From Octopus vulgaris (lineage: Eukaryota): 64,000 nt of DNA. Made by a program: the position numbers and the translations under genes. The notes below the pieces were generated by a model. That model did not search any database, was not told the origin of the DNA, and was given only the letters and a program-made list of their open reading frames with translations. The stretch covers positions 96,224,001 through 96,288,000 of the forward strand of contig OX597819.1 in assembly GCA_951406725.2 (NCBI GenBank), given 5' to 3'. Below, in pieces: positions 28,698-42,749 of this stretch; within the stretch, counting starts at the first letter, position 1, and every line of letters begins with the position of its first letter.

Positions 28698-31199
28698 GTA
28701 ATGTGTCTGGATGCTGCCTGCCAGAGCTGATAATGTCTGCTGTTCGATGTTAAATGTCACCCTTAATTGGAGATTTAGAATCTATATTCTGCAATACTTA
28801 TAGATGTTTGGTAGATATTTTGGTCCTGCTTTCTTAAGATGTTTCCTGAAGAATGTTACTCTAGTTATCTCATTTGAAACACAATAGAAACCTTGATAAA
28901 GGCCAATCTTTATCTAATAGGACTACAATGAAAAGCTTCATATCAACTTTTGCAACTAAATTCAATCAACTTTTCGAAAATAAAGAAAAAAATAAATAAA
29001 AATAAAAATGGAAAATTCCAATGGACTTCGATAACATCTATTGAAAGAAATAGGAGACATTACAAAGCTGTGGCTCTTTGTCTGCGCATCATTCAGGCTA
29101 GTGATGTGCCTGATTATGAAGTTTTCAAGAATAGACTAATGTAGCTTTCTGTGAAATGTTGTATGGAATGGACATAAACGTACAACTATGTTTACACTGA
29201 ATAGATTTCAATATTGTGTTTCAATTATAAGTGCAAAATGACCTTATCTGGAGTCGAATGTGTTCCACTGTAGATGTGAGCTGAATTGTTCAAGTATTGT
29301 CAATGCGGTTTGTATGAGAGGAGACAAGCCGTAATGTCCAACATTATAGCTTCACCATAGAAAGAAACTGGTGTATTTCAGCATAGCTGTTTAGTAATGC
29401 CTCTAGTAGTACGTGATGAAGGATGGTGACTGGAAGATGGTGGGAGCAGGGAGGGTAGAAAAGGGAAAGGGGACGGGGAAGGAGGGAAGGGATAGAAATG
29501 TTGGATTTATTGTTAACCGTTGCGAGGTGAAGCTTGCGGGACTGAAGTTCAATTTCCATATAGGCCAAATATAAATATTGTTTTGATGATGATGACGACG
29601 ATGATGAAGGTAGTGGACGTAATGATGGTGATGAGGATTACAATGGTGAAGATGATGATAGTAACAGTGATGATGATAATGATGATGGTGGTGGTAATGC
29701 TGCTGTTTCTACTGATGATGTTGAACGTTGCTTCACCTGCTAGAAATAGCAACCAAGTATTCTTCGTATGTTACCCGACAGTAATTTTTTTTTGTTACAA
29801 AAGAACACTTTACATTATGTATGTAGACGTTGAATCAAAGACACGATGGTCATGGTTCTTCGATCAAAACTAACTTAGGTTATACCACCACCACCACCAC
29901 CACCACCACCACCACCACCACCACCACCATTGGAAATTATATTTACTCAAGATGCCACACAGTGGGATTGTACCTGGGAACTTGTAGTTGGAAAGCGAAC
30001 CTCTTAACCATTTCGTTCATACTGCACATACTGTACACGTCTATCACACGACTAAACTCTCTATCATTACTGGTATCTTTCGTTAGTTACCAAACGAAAT
30101 AAATTATTAACTTTTAATATCTTTATTGTTAGGAGAAAGCGCAGCGCCAATGATTCTTTTCGGGGGCTTTTGAGACTGGTAGGGTAGGGGGTATCTTTAA
30201 ACTGGAGACTCGGCCAAAATACTTGCAACAGAATGGATTCCTTTAAAGCTACTCCATGGCTAGGTGACAGTGTTAAAATAAGCGACACATTAAGTCTAGC
30301 AGCCATTATAACAGGGTCACAGATTATGAAGAAGAATCAAGAAAAGGAGGGGGTGATAGGTTTATGAAAGCTGAAAGGTCAAGTCGACCTTGATTGAATT
30401 GAAATCGAAAACATAGAGGGATGTAACTGGAAGCATTTGATGCCTGAATGCTTCTGCCATCTACCGATCTGACTTATCAGAGAAAGAACCAGCGAAGGAA
30501 CTGCAACGTGGTCGTATGCTTTGCCTGAATCATCAGTTGAATTCCCTCTAACCACACCTTACAACCTTGACAAGAGAAGGACACATAGCCCAAGGAAGTT
30601 CTAGATATACAGAAAGTCGGGATGATCACGGCTTGGAATGTCTCTGATTTTATGCCTGCTCGATCACGGCTGGCATAGAGCTAAACAAGGACGACGGCGA
30701 TGACGACGACAATGACGAGGACTACAACAACAATAACAGCAACAACAACAGCAGCAGCAGCAGCAGCAGAAGTATCCCAATTATTGGATGTCAACTACTC
30801 TGCTACTGTAAACACTCCCACTACATCCCTTTTTCATGTCACTCCTCCTGCATTTCCTCTTCACAACCAAGGAGCCTCTGTCGACGTGGTCACTCAAACT
30901 GCTTGTAATAACAGCCAAATCTCCTCCCCCACCGTAAATCACTCTACTGCCTTTTACAAACTGTTAGGTACTGTGAATATTGTGGCCGTGGGTACCGTAC
31001 GCATAGGGAAAAAGACGCGATGGTCACAGCTGGACTGCCTTTGATCACAGTTCTGCTCATTTAGGGTTGACTTGTGATGAACAACAACAACGATGACAAT
31101 AACAACAGTAACATTTTCTCTATGATTATGTCATTATTTAGAATTGCACAGAGGCAACTTTAGTTGCCATATTGCTTGCAACAATATCAGTAGCAGCAA

Positions 31200-31363
31200 C
31201 ATCATCACCACCACCACCACCACCGCCCCCGCCGTCGCTTGCTGCTGCCGCCGCCACCGCCGCCACTGCCGCCACCGCCGCCACCGCCGCCACCGCCACC
31301 ACCACCGCCACCACCACCACCACCACCACCACCACCACCACCACCACCACCACCACCACCACC

Positions 31364-31431
<68 letters not shown>

Positions 31432-31570
31432 CTGCAGCAGCAGCATCAGTAGCATTATCATAATCCTCATCATCATCAGCAGCAGCATCAAGCTGTCTGT
31501 CACCAACTTTAGATGCAGCTGCAGAATGTCATTGCATTAACTGCAGCAGCAGCAGCAGCAGAGGCAGCAG
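31200..31570. repeat. compound trinucleotide microsatellite (ACC/GCC/ATC/GCA)n
   Basis: Directly visible. Confidence 0.95.
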
Positions 31571-31624
31571 CTAGTTACTCCAAGCTTATTTTTGCCCAGT
31601 TTCTGCAGCACCAGAAAACATATG

Positions 31625-31930
31625 CGCAGCTGCAGCAACAATAAACTCACCAACTTCACATGCAGCAACACTTACAACTCACCATCTTCACATAAAGCAG
31701 CAGCAGTAATAACTTACCGTCTTCACATACTGCAGTAGTAACTCACCATCTTCGCATACAGTAGTGATAACTCACCGTCTTCACACGCAGCAGCAGTAAT
31801 AACTCACCGTATTCATATGCAGCAGCAGCAGCAATAATAACTCACCGTTTTCACACACATCTGCAATAACTCACCATCTTCACATACAGCAGCAACAATA
31901 ACTCATCGTCATCACATACAGCAGCATTAA
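31625..31930. repeat. degenerate minisatellite of about 28-33 bp
   Basis: Unit close to GCAGCAGTAATAACTCACCGTCTTCACATAC, about 10 copies. Confidence 0.85.
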
Positions 31931-32419
31931 TTCCCGCCCCCACATCTTACCTTCAGTAGTTTCACTTGCAGCATTATTAATTCTCTTCTGTAGCATCAAC
32001 AACGTCATGTTTAGCAGCAACACACTATATCATCAGAAACACCCCCCACCTCTGCCTCCACCACACTCTACCACCACCACAACTACCACCATCACAACTA
32101 CTACCACCACAACTACCACCATCACTACCTCTATCACAACCACCCCCATAAACAATCAGATTATATTACCACCACCACTACCGTTATCACACCGCCATTA
32201 CAACCACTACTTCAACCACCACCATCACTACCATCACTCTCACTATCACTATCACCCCCACACTATATCACTATCATTACCACTACCGTCACCGCACCAT
32301 AACCACCGCTACCACCATCACCGGTATATCTACTTTCACTACTACTACTACCATCATTGTCATCACCAACTGCAACAACAACAGGTGAAGTAAATGATAT
32401 CAACCTATAAAAGTGAGAG

Positions 32420-34640
32420 TAAATCACCCCTTTCCTTCCGGGGATTCGAGGTGAGACCTGAGGTTAATGTCATCAAACTCTCTTGTCAACCGGGGTTACG
32501 GTGAGGTCCAAAGTCCGGCGGAACAAGCAGAAGTGGGTCACATACCTTCACTGCTCACCGGTTGTGATGGCAGATAAAGGTTATAACAGTTAGCAATCTC
32601 CGATTATCGTCTTGCGCATTTGACCAAAGTATCTCACTTTGAAGATCGAGGGGAGATTGATGTATAACAAGTGTACACTCAACCTCGTACATGTCAGTAT
32701 CGCCTGGATCCCTTTCCTCCTCCTTTCAAATCCATTCGACAATGATTTAGGGGTATCGGGAGCAGGACTGTAACATATGGGGTTTTCTAGTCATGAAATG
32801 CCACAGTAGGATGGGAAGTAGCAGTGTATCGGTTTTCAGACATTAGGATAGAGAGAGAATTGCTTTAAATGCAGTAGCTACGTTGATTAGTTTTTCGAGG
32901 GACTTCTCTGCTCAAATCGGGAAGAGACATAAAAAGGTATCACAGACATCACCTGTCACACCCTGTCTCAACTGAATCACTGCATCCAGAGGGTGTAGAA
33001 AGTGGAAACAGATCATAATCAAATTCTGATCTCGTAATATTCGGACTCTTAATGAGAAGTCGAATAGGGTTCAGTGAGAACAACATATAGCAATCGTTTC
33101 TAGTGAATTGGCATTCTTCAGTACTGAGATGGCGACACTAAGCAAAACGAGGCTTGCAATGAGAGACAATTGAACGAATATGATTGCGGATATAGCTTCT
33201 TTTGGAAGAGAAAACCTTCGAAAGAGTGTAGGCATTGATGTCTTCAATGAATCGCTCCTCAAGCCTCATAAACTAGTTGCTGGTATCAGTGACAGACTAT
33301 TGTCTCACCCCCTAAAGCTTACTGGTTCTGTCAAATACATAACAATCACCAATACGCATGTACCCACAGCTGAAACGGACACAGATGGAGGAAAAAAGGC
33401 GTTTATATTGGTTTAGACTGTCCTATTCTGTATACTAGAAAGAAGACAACATGAATAATATTGCAGGGTGTCCACAGTGGTAGATTTTTTAAGACTGGAA
33501 TGACGTAAGTGGAAAAGAAGGCAAGAAAGTCTAATTTAAATAAATAAATGGAGTGTAAGTAATCAACAAATCTGTTACATATTGTTTCGATAAATAGATG
33601 CAAATGTTTCTGGCCGTAACCACGACCATAGCACAAACGTCTAGTTGACTATCTCATCGTACGGAACCGCCATAACAACGATGATAAGAGGGGCTGACAA
33701 TTGTTGAACAGACAACCACTTAATACAATATATCACTGCAATTCAAAACATGATCCGAAGTAAGGTCAGTTGCAGAAACAATGCCAACATAAAAGCACCC
33801 ATGAATCTTTTTCAGACTCAGGAAAGGCAGAACAACGTCAGCAGTCCCAGGACCAGCCCGGAACATTGCAAGACCGTTAAAAATAGATGAAAAATATACA
33901 ATGCAATCTAAAGGCAGGGATCTTTGCAGCTTGGGCTTCCCAGCTAGAATACACCAAGACTGGTTTAACAAGAAGAATGTCTAAATCCAGATTGGTTATT
34001 CATGGGAACATCGTTGAACAACAACCTACAAAAAAGCCAACTATAAACATTTTAGCTACATCTTCTAATAAAAAAATTAAACTAAAAAATTAATCTGCTC
34101 TCTAAAAGCGGACAAGGCATTCGGTTTTGACGTAATTCTGGCTAAGATATACACGTATAAAGTTGGAAATGAACAACGAAGCTTTTCCTTAAATTGGAAT
34201 TATACCACAAGAGATGTTTAAGAAAAATTATATTCAGTCGATGGGTGAAGAAGCAGAGAAGCTCAGAGTGCACCAGAAGGTTAATATATATTGGATTGAA
34301 TAAGTAATTACTCAATGCCCTCTTCGATAGGCTGGCCATATCGTGAAAATGGAAGGCCAATGATTGTTTAAACAACTATTTTACTCCCAGTGGAATAAAG
34401 GAAAGCACATACAAGGTAGACAAAGGAAATGGTTGAAGGAAATACTTGAGGGAAATTTGAAAAAATTGTCATCTATTTGTGCAAGTGGGAATTGTTGACA
34501 AATAAGCGACACGAGTGGAGACAAGAAACTTCTGTCAGACACCAAATGTCCCCTTCACGACGAGACTTATGGATTTCATATTGGTCTGCGTAGTTACACT
34601 TGAGAGTCACATAAGTTAAATCTAATGAACAAATATCATC
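32420..34640 (+). mobile_element. degraded RTE-clade LINE
   Basis: Near 33030, remnants of an RTE endonuclease start (NIRTL...IAIVSSELAFFSTEMATLSKTRLA); near 34400, GKHIQGRQRKWLKEILEGNLKK, an RTE-type C-terminus; many stops and deletions. Confidence 0.6.
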
Positions 34641-36657
34641 GATCGAAGAGTGTTGCCGACGACTATAGCTTGATGAGACGAACATAACTACCATAACTAT
34701 TATTGCTACGACGACGACGACGATGACGACTGCCGCCGCTATAATTGCCACTACCTATACCATCACCACCACCATTACGCCAAACCCACCATCACCGCCA
34801 TACCAACCTCACTATATACGAACAGTCAACACCACTATGTGAAGTTTATATAAGGTAATTTGCAAGACAAGAATGAATCCTTTTTAATTACATAGCTGTA
34901 ATTAATCTTCTCTGGTCATAAAGATGGCGTCGATGACTTGTAATGACTTTCAGTGAGAATCATTTGACACTGTGTTATATTGGATGATACATGGGCAAAT
35001 CACCGACATTAATATAATAATGCACTCCCCCCCCCCACCAGTGCGGCCACTGTTTCCAGCACTGACATCACATCAGTATCCACTTCAGTGGCTAAAACTC
35101 ATCTCTGTAGCTATATCTTCACGTTCTTAGAAAAAGAAAAAAACGCAAACACAAATCTCTGTTTTATATTCGAGAAGGCCGTTAGTGGGTAAGTGAGAAT
35201 TTTGAGACTTCTCATTGCCAGTTCTGTGGTTTTTTAAACAAGTGAAATAACCCAATCTTCAGTAACTCTATAATACTAATAATTCTTGTTACTGTATTCA
35301 CAAGGTCTAGTTATTAACTTGCACTTTATTTCATTGACTGCGAAAGGGTTAAAGACAAAGGTTACACTTCGGCGGAATTTGAATTCAGAATGTAAAGCTA
35401 GAAGTAATATTGCTAAGCATTTTGTCCGGCGTGCTAACGATTCTGCTACCAAAATGAGATAAAATGTGCAAATGTAACCTTTGGTACAGTTGCACATTGA
35501 AAGGTGGCGAGGTGGAAGAAATATAAGGTTGTTCACGCGTATAATACTCACACATAAACACATATATGCCTGTGTAGCTTACACGGAAATGTATCCACAT
35601 GAGCAAAAAACAGTTAACTGGGTGATAACATTAGTGAGCAAAATCAGTTTTTATAAAATAATATTACACTCGTTGTGAGGAAGAAATTAAAGTTAGCTTA
35701 AGGATTGGAATATTTAAACTATGTTATTTATTTTATTTAAATACAAATTTGGATTATAAAAGCAATAAATCCACCGACTGGGGACGAACTATTCACCTCT
35801 CGGTTGCCGTGCACCTGCTTTGTTTGGGGCTAAATATCACCAAGAACATTGGTATAGTTTTTACCATGTGAGACGTTACCTAAAACTGATCCATAATAGA
35901 TAAGTGGATGACGAGTTATCTGTGAAACTGATGAGATGCGTGTGAAGATTGAAATTTGGAAAAAATACATTAATTTTAGCAAATTGAAAATTACAGTTGA
36001 GAAATCGATAGAAACAAACGATAACTTGAGAGCTATAGTTGAGCAAGCGGTACATACGGAATTTGAGACACATAAATGAATTCACGTATATTTGTGTTTC
36101 TTAATTTAGTAGCTTCATTCGTGTAATGTTTCATTATATGGTTAAATTGGTTAAGAGCTTTGCTTTAGTTCCAGTTTCGATTCCATTACATGGTCCCACT
36201 GTACTCTACTATAGTCTCCTCTGAAGTCGACTACGGACTTGTCATTGAAATTTGATAGAACAGAAAATTTGCAGAAGCTCATCGGATACTACTCCACTCC
36301 ACACACATCCTATTGGAGTATATGAAATTCCTTAAAGAAACAGAGACTCTAAATGAAGCGGGGCACGAAGATACAAATGAAGCGAAACTCGGATGTATGT
36401 ACGTATACCAGAAGGAGTGCATGTGTAGTGTAAATCTTCCTTGAAACTATTGGTTGTTTTACCGTGTGGAGTCAAGTAATGTTAACGAATGGTGTGAGAG
36501 TGGTTCTAGATATACATGCAAACACATACATATATACAAGCGCATAAGCATGCATATATACCTATATGTATATCTAATTGTTAAACAGGACGTCAAACAT
36601 TAAGGCAAGGCAAACATCTCAAGTCGTATACAATATTATTACAGGAAGAAATTCAAA

Positions 36658-36713
36658 GTCTTGCAGCTGTTTCTGGGATATCCTCCAGTGTGAAATATCT
36701 CGTCATCAGAGAC
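36658..36713 (-). ncRNA. type I hammerhead ribozyme (PLE-associated), probably inactivated
   Basis: GTCT-CTGATGA-CGAGATATTTC..GGATATCCCA-GAAAC-AGCT-GCA-AGAC: 4-bp helix I, intact CUGAUGA and GAAA, but cleavage triplet GCA rather than GUA. Confidence 0.7.
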
Positions 36714-36829
36714 AAATTGGAGAAAACATATGGAAAATAAGAATGGTATATATCAAGAAGGTGACAACATAGAAGAAGGGAGTAAAAGAATAAGGAGATG
36801 GAAAGAGAGAAGAAAAATGAGACATAACA

Positions 36830-37290
36830 GATCAGAGTTCAACTTTCTGAAGTTATAGAAATCAAAGCATGAGTCTTTAGGTGCAATCCTGCGTATATCC
36901 ATGAAGACCTCGTTGTATCTATTAAGCAATTGTGGTGAGTTGTGGGCTAGAATTTTGAGAGCTTCTTTTAAGCAAAGTTCACAACTAGAGTGTTGACCCT
37001 AATTAAGAGGTGTACCCAGGAAAGTTTATAATGTATTTTTCTATTAAGCATATGGTGTATGTGACTGGCTAGTGATGTGGAATTACTATTCTCCTTATAT
37101 TCAAACAATTTCAAATGTGCGTAATACCTTTGTGTAAAATTGGTGCTAGAACCAATGTAATAGCTACAGGAGTTATTTTACCATGTTTTAAAACAGTGCA
37201 TCGGTATACGACGTTGAATCTTCTGCATTGGGCTTGCAGCGGGCAATCTGTCCGTGACCTGAAGTTGCAGTTATCGGTTAATTAGAGAGA
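36830..37290 (-). pseudogene. Penelope-like element GIY-YIG endonuclease fragment (frameshifted)
   Basis: Manual translation: NCNFRSRTDCPLQAQCRRFNVVYRCTV / SYYIGSSTNFTQRYYAH...STSLASHI / SSCELCLKEALKIL...LLNRYNE; not captured by the ORF track. Confidence 0.8.
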
Positions 37291-37382
37291 TAGGTGAGGT
37301 AGTGCTGGTAGTGACTAGGGTGGTATTAGGTGAATCGATCGTGATATTGCTGTCGTTTTTAGTATCGATATCAATGCGAGCG

Positions 37383-37477
37383 TTCTTCTTCTTCTTCTTC
37401 TTCTTCTTCTTCTTCTTCTTCTTCTTCTTCTTCTTCTTCTTCTTCTTCTTCTTCTTCTTCTTCTTCTTCTTCTTCTT

Positions 37478-37506
<29 letters not shown>
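37383..37506. repeat. (TTC)n microsatellite
   Basis: Directly visible. Confidence 0.97.
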
Positions 37507-37508
<2 letters not shown>

Positions 37509-37599
37509 GTATTATTATCATTATTATTAATAATAGTAGTATTGGTAGTATTACTAGTAATAGTAGTAGTGCAAGATTAATAATGCATTATGGTAAGGA

Positions 37600-37995
37600 C
37601 AGTACTTCGTATGCTTGAGGTATAGTAAGCATAATGTATAGTAAACATAATGTTTGGTAAACAAAAAATCCGTTAAACACGATATATGGGAAAACAATGC
37701 ATAACATGTACACTATATGGTAAACGGAAGTATATATGGTAAGAACAATGAGTAGTAAACAATGTTTGTTAAACACAATGTATGGTAAATACAATAAATA
37801 GTAAGCACAATATATAGTTAACACAATGTAAGGTAAACATAATGTATGGTAAGCAGAATGCTTGGCAAGCACTGTGTTTGTTATGGTAAACAAAATATAC
37901 GGTAAACACAATGTATCGTATGGGAAACGCAATGTGTGGTAAACACAATGTATAATGTTTGCTCAGCAATGTATGGTTCTCGCAATATAGGGTAA
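37600..37995. repeat. degenerate minisatellite of about 17-19 bp
   Basis: Unit close to GGTAAACACAATGTAT, repeated about 20 times. Confidence 0.8.
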
Positions 37996-38181
37996 ACAAA
38001 TTGAAAACTTTCAAGGGATGACTATGGAGCACTAATTGTTTTACACCACAGAGATCAGTAGATTCGGATATAGCATTTAAATAATGGCATAGGGGCTCTG
38101 TCACACATTTCGTTTTTGTTATGTGTGTATGTTTGTATGTTTGCTTGTTCTTTGTTTCTCTCTCTCTCCCACCTCTCTTTC

Positions 38182-38248
<67 letters not shown>

Positions 38249-39496
38249 TACTTGCACTAGACTCATATATAATTCACTGGGGTTTCCCCGTGATCATCGC
38301 TCTGAAAAACACACGCACAAACACATTCACATAGTTATACATACACACAAGTATACATACAAACATGCACATATACATACATATATATACGTACACACAC
38401 ACACATATATATATAGGTAGATTGTGATAGATATAGATATAAATATATATGCAATATATATATGTATATATGTTTGTATATCTGCATACATACATATAAA
38501 CACACACACACACATATATGAATATACATACACAGAGACACTCTCACATAGACACACAGACAGACACAGCTATATAGTTGTATTCGCAATATGATATATG
38601 GTATATGATGATATATATAGTGTTGTGTTGATCGCCATATGAGCACAGAAGATATTTCACTCAACACAATTGCTACCAACATTACTTCTAGATTTCCAAT
38701 TAGTTTGCTAAACATCTGCTTGTACGAACATAGCTTGGTGTCTTTGATGAAACATATGTAGTTTTTTCTAATGAAACTATGGCAGATGTGTTGTAAATGT
38801 TAGCAATCAGAAAGTGGTATTGTATTGAGTTTAACAAGGAAGGTTTGTCATATGTTATAAAAACGGTGATGAGGAATCAATCATAAAGGGTCAGAGAATT
38901 ATCCAGTTCCTCTTTCACAATACATTAAAGAATTTACTATGAGGCCATGCACACATACATACACTTGTGCACACACACATGTACTTGCACATATATTATA
39001 TGTATATATGAATGCTTGTCTGGATGATTATATATGTGTATATATATGCATATATGTACGTATATGTATTTTTATATGTATGAATGTATGCATGTAAGTA
39101 GGTTTGTGTGTGTCTGTGTGCATGTGTGTTATGCTGTATGTACATTAAGCAGTTCATTATGACAGCCGAGCACCTTGTAAAATGTACTCGTACGAGATGG
39201 AATGTTTTTCCTTTCTATAATGGCGAACCATTGGGTAATATATACAGCATCAAAAAAATAAATAAATAAATGTCCACCGGAGAATACAGCACCAGATGCA
39301 TCTCGAGTGGATTTCCTCAACCTGTTTAAGATGAAATTTTAAAATATTCATATGGCTTCCAGAACATTTTAGATAAACCTATATAAATTAAAGATCACAA
39401 AGTTATGTTTAGCAAACACCCAGATGCTGACTTAAAAACTCTGTTAAAAATGAATTAAGTAAAATTATCAAAAACCATTTAGATTCTAGCTTTACA

Positions 39497-40050
39497 CCAT
39501 GGGTCCACAACCATTTTTCAAAATCTATGAACCCCTTTGATTTCTATTTTATTCTGATGGACGTCCATAAACATTCTAGTTTTAAAGATACATTTTTCAA
39601 AATTTCTATTTCGTTTTTCACACATTAACTTGTGCAGGTTGAAGTATGTGAAATGTTAGAGAAAGAAACCTAACTGCTTCTTGCAATACATACCAGTACA
39701 TACATCTAAAGCATGACTTCTCAACCATTGTTTTTATCTATGGACTCCTTTGATTACTATTTTATTCTTGTGGAACCCATAGACATTCTATGTTTAAAAG
39801 CTAGTTTTATAGAAACTTCTTTCAAAATTCCTATTTTGTTTCTCACACATTAACTTGTGTAGGTTGAACTATGTAACATGTTAGAGAAAGAAACCTGTTT
39901 CTTGCAATACATACCAATACATACATCAAAGCAAAATTTTTTCAGGGGTCCTTGAAACACGATTGTGGATATCCAGTATACTATTTTATTGTGTGGACCG
40001 CCAATAAAGAAAGCTAGCTCCTCAGATCACCAGAACATCAGTTGAACTAG
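39497..40050. mobile_element. hAT-like MITE with tandem duplication of its first 215 bp or so
   Basis: 39497-39711 and 39712-39930 share CACACATTAACTTGTG.AGGTTGAA.TATGT.A.ATGTTAGAGAAAGAAACC...CTTGCAATACATACCA.TACATACATC; both begin with CA....T.CTCAACC-like ends. Confidence 0.55.
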
Positions 40051-40461
40051 AGTCGAACCGTGGATGTAACCATAAAATTTTGGGGGGATCTGATGAGCAA
40101 GCTTCCTTTATTTGCGTTGTTTTGTGAATATAAAATTTCATTGTATGATGCCAAGCACACATAATTTCTTGTACACAGAAGTTAATGCTAAATGCAGACG
40201 ATTTCGAAACGGTTATAATCCTATGGCTGTAACTTTGTAACTTTAGATCTATATTGACCCCTCATACCTCTTGTTTTGTTTTTTATTTACCCTTCTGAGA
40301 ATAATTTTATCGCTCGGATTTTCCGGATTTTCAGTTACTTGAACATTTTACATTGCACTATTTGGTAATTAATTACAATGTGAACTGATAGCCGAATCTG
40401 TGTAAGAAGCTTACTGGGATAGCTGTATGATTCTCTGAATCTATATCTGATATTACTCATG

Positions 40462-40495
<34 letters not shown>

Positions 40496-41100
40496 TGTAT
40501 GTATGTATGTATGTATGTATGTATGTATGCATTTATGTATGTACATGTATATGTGTGTGTATGATATATTTGTATATGTATGTGTGTTTACAAACATTCT
40601 GTTTTGCCAGTGGCATGTAGACACGTATTGTATTCCACAAAAATAATAAAGAGGGGTCACCTGAAAAAAAAAAGACATCAATCATCAAACTAATCAGAAC
40701 TAGATTTTAAAGCCATTGTTTCGTATTTTAAATTAATCATATATCACAGCTAATTATCTATGGTTTTCTCCTTTTATAGTTTGAAAACCACAGTTTTATA
40801 GCTTTTCTTCTTCACAAAAATCGATATTAACTATATGATTGAACAATATATTGCTACAAAATTGTCATTTTCGTAGACAGTGCGCCCTAAAATTGTGGTA
40901 ATAGAAATGATTGATATCTCCTGTTTTGCATTTCGTTAATGACTACTTCAGGGTGTCTGATCCATTGAAATCTGCTGTTTATAATTTCGAGATCGATAAG
41001 AGAAATATCTATAAATGCCTATAATATTGATATTTAAGATAGGCACCAGGTTTCAAATTGGCGGTGGTGAAAGTGGTGTATAGTGAATTTTATCGATTCA

Positions 41101-41430
41101 GTTAGTTAGTTAGTTAGTTAATTTGGCTCAAAAGCAAATAGCAAGGCCATGTAGGGGGACATGGAGTTAAGTACAGGATGGTATTCATGTAAAGAGTTCA
41201 GGCCACTTGAGGTCCAGGGAGGCTTTGAACAAAGCGGTCGTCGGCATCTTTACCATCTCGTCTGGCAGCTTGTTCCACGGATCCGCAACCCGGACGGTGA
41301 AAGCTCCTCTCCTTCAATTGAGATGAAATCGTCGCAGGTAGAGCTTTTCGGAATGACCCCGCAGCCGACGCTCTGGAGCAGGAGTGAAGAACAGCTCTTT
41401 CGAGAGGTTACACTTTCCGCTTATGATGTT
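41101..41430 (-). mobile_element. CR1-clade LINE 3' end with (TAAC)n tail
   Basis: Minus-strand translation RRLRGHSEKLYLRRFHLN*RRGAFTVRVADPWNKLPDEMV...FKASLD, a typical CR1 ORF2 C-terminus, followed by a short UTR and a tandem tail. Confidence 0.85.
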
Positions 41431-42332
41431 TTGACAAATGTTATGTTTTATAGACCCTGCGAAGGTGAAAGGCAAAATCTAACTCTCTGGGATGTAAATT
41501 TCGGACGTGAAGATGCATGCCTATTTGCCGCAAAAAAAAAATCTATGATATTACTTCTAGTTAAATTTACTTAATTGTAGATTGCTATATCTATGACGTC
41601 ATTCAAGTCTAGTGACCTATTTCTATTTCAGCGATATTATGACGGCATAAGATCACGTGATCAACCTCACTTGTTATTCTTCGCTGTTATAAAGGTTGAT
41701 GGAGAAGATAATGGATTTAGTGACATTGATTTTTCTGGAAAAGAAGGTAAAATGATAAAATTCTTATCAAGTTTAGGGTCAATCAGCATAAACTTTCATA
41801 TACCATTCACATTCATTATCAAGGTAGTTAAATGGAGCAATACTTTTTGTGAGGTAGAAAAATACACATATACATACACAACTCTGTATCTATGTGTTGT
41901 TTATTTTAAAGTTCATTTCTTATTGTAATTTGATACAATTATTAAAATATAAACTTCATTGAATATTATATAAATTGAATAAATCCCGTCTTCGTAAAAG
42001 CTCTTTCTGACATGGAAAAAGTGGTTAATGTGGGGTTATTGTGTACTGAGAAATGTTTGAAATTCGATATTTCATACAAGAGGCCATCAGTTGCATCCTC
42101 ATAATTTTCGATGCATCTGACGACCCTCTCCTCCCAAATCTTTCATCAACCGCAAATGTGTCTCTTTCGTATCGGTTAATGCATGTCCTCTTAACATATT
42201 CAAACTACTTCAGCCTTTTCAGTTAGAAATGCACGACCTCCATCAAAATGGAGTGTCGCAAACATGTTACAATGTAAATATAACTTGCTTGTATTATTTA
42301 ACAGATAAGTCATAGAAGAGAATTGAGTGGCT

Positions 42333-42700
42333 CTAGGCGTAGACGAGAGTGTGTGGAAAGAAGTTCAATTTTCAACCACAAGGTTCCGAGTTCAGTTCTA
42401 CTGCGTGGCATTATAGTCTCGGGCAGAGTGAATTTGGTGGACGGAAACTGAAAGAATATATATGTATATATATATATGCATATACATATACATGTATGTA
42501 TATACACATACACACGCACGCATGCGCACACACACACGCATGCGCACACACACGCGCATGCGCGCACACACACACACACATAATATATAGATGCACGCGT
42601 GCGAGTTTGTCGTCCATCACTGCTTGATGTGTCTATGTCCCCGTAAGTTAGCGGTTCGGTAAAAGAGATCCGACAGAATAAGCACCAAGCTTTAAAATAG
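42333..42700 (+). mobile_element. SINE family S2 with internal microsatellite
   Basis: Head, (TA)/(CA) tract, tail CCCCGTAAGTTAGCGGTTCGG...AGAATAAGCACC. Confidence 0.75.
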
Positions 42701-42749
42701 ATAAGTCTTCAAGGCACTTGCATTGAAAATGCTATGATGTCAATGCTTG

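Noticed and set aside
31625-31930. CRISPR-like periodicity (also 37600-37995)
   Set aside because: Tandem degenerate units without unique spacers, in a eukaryotic context with no cas genes.
35926-35960. CTGATGA...GAAA motif
   Set aside because: Helix II is only three weak pairs, helix I is unconvincing, and there is no PLE context.
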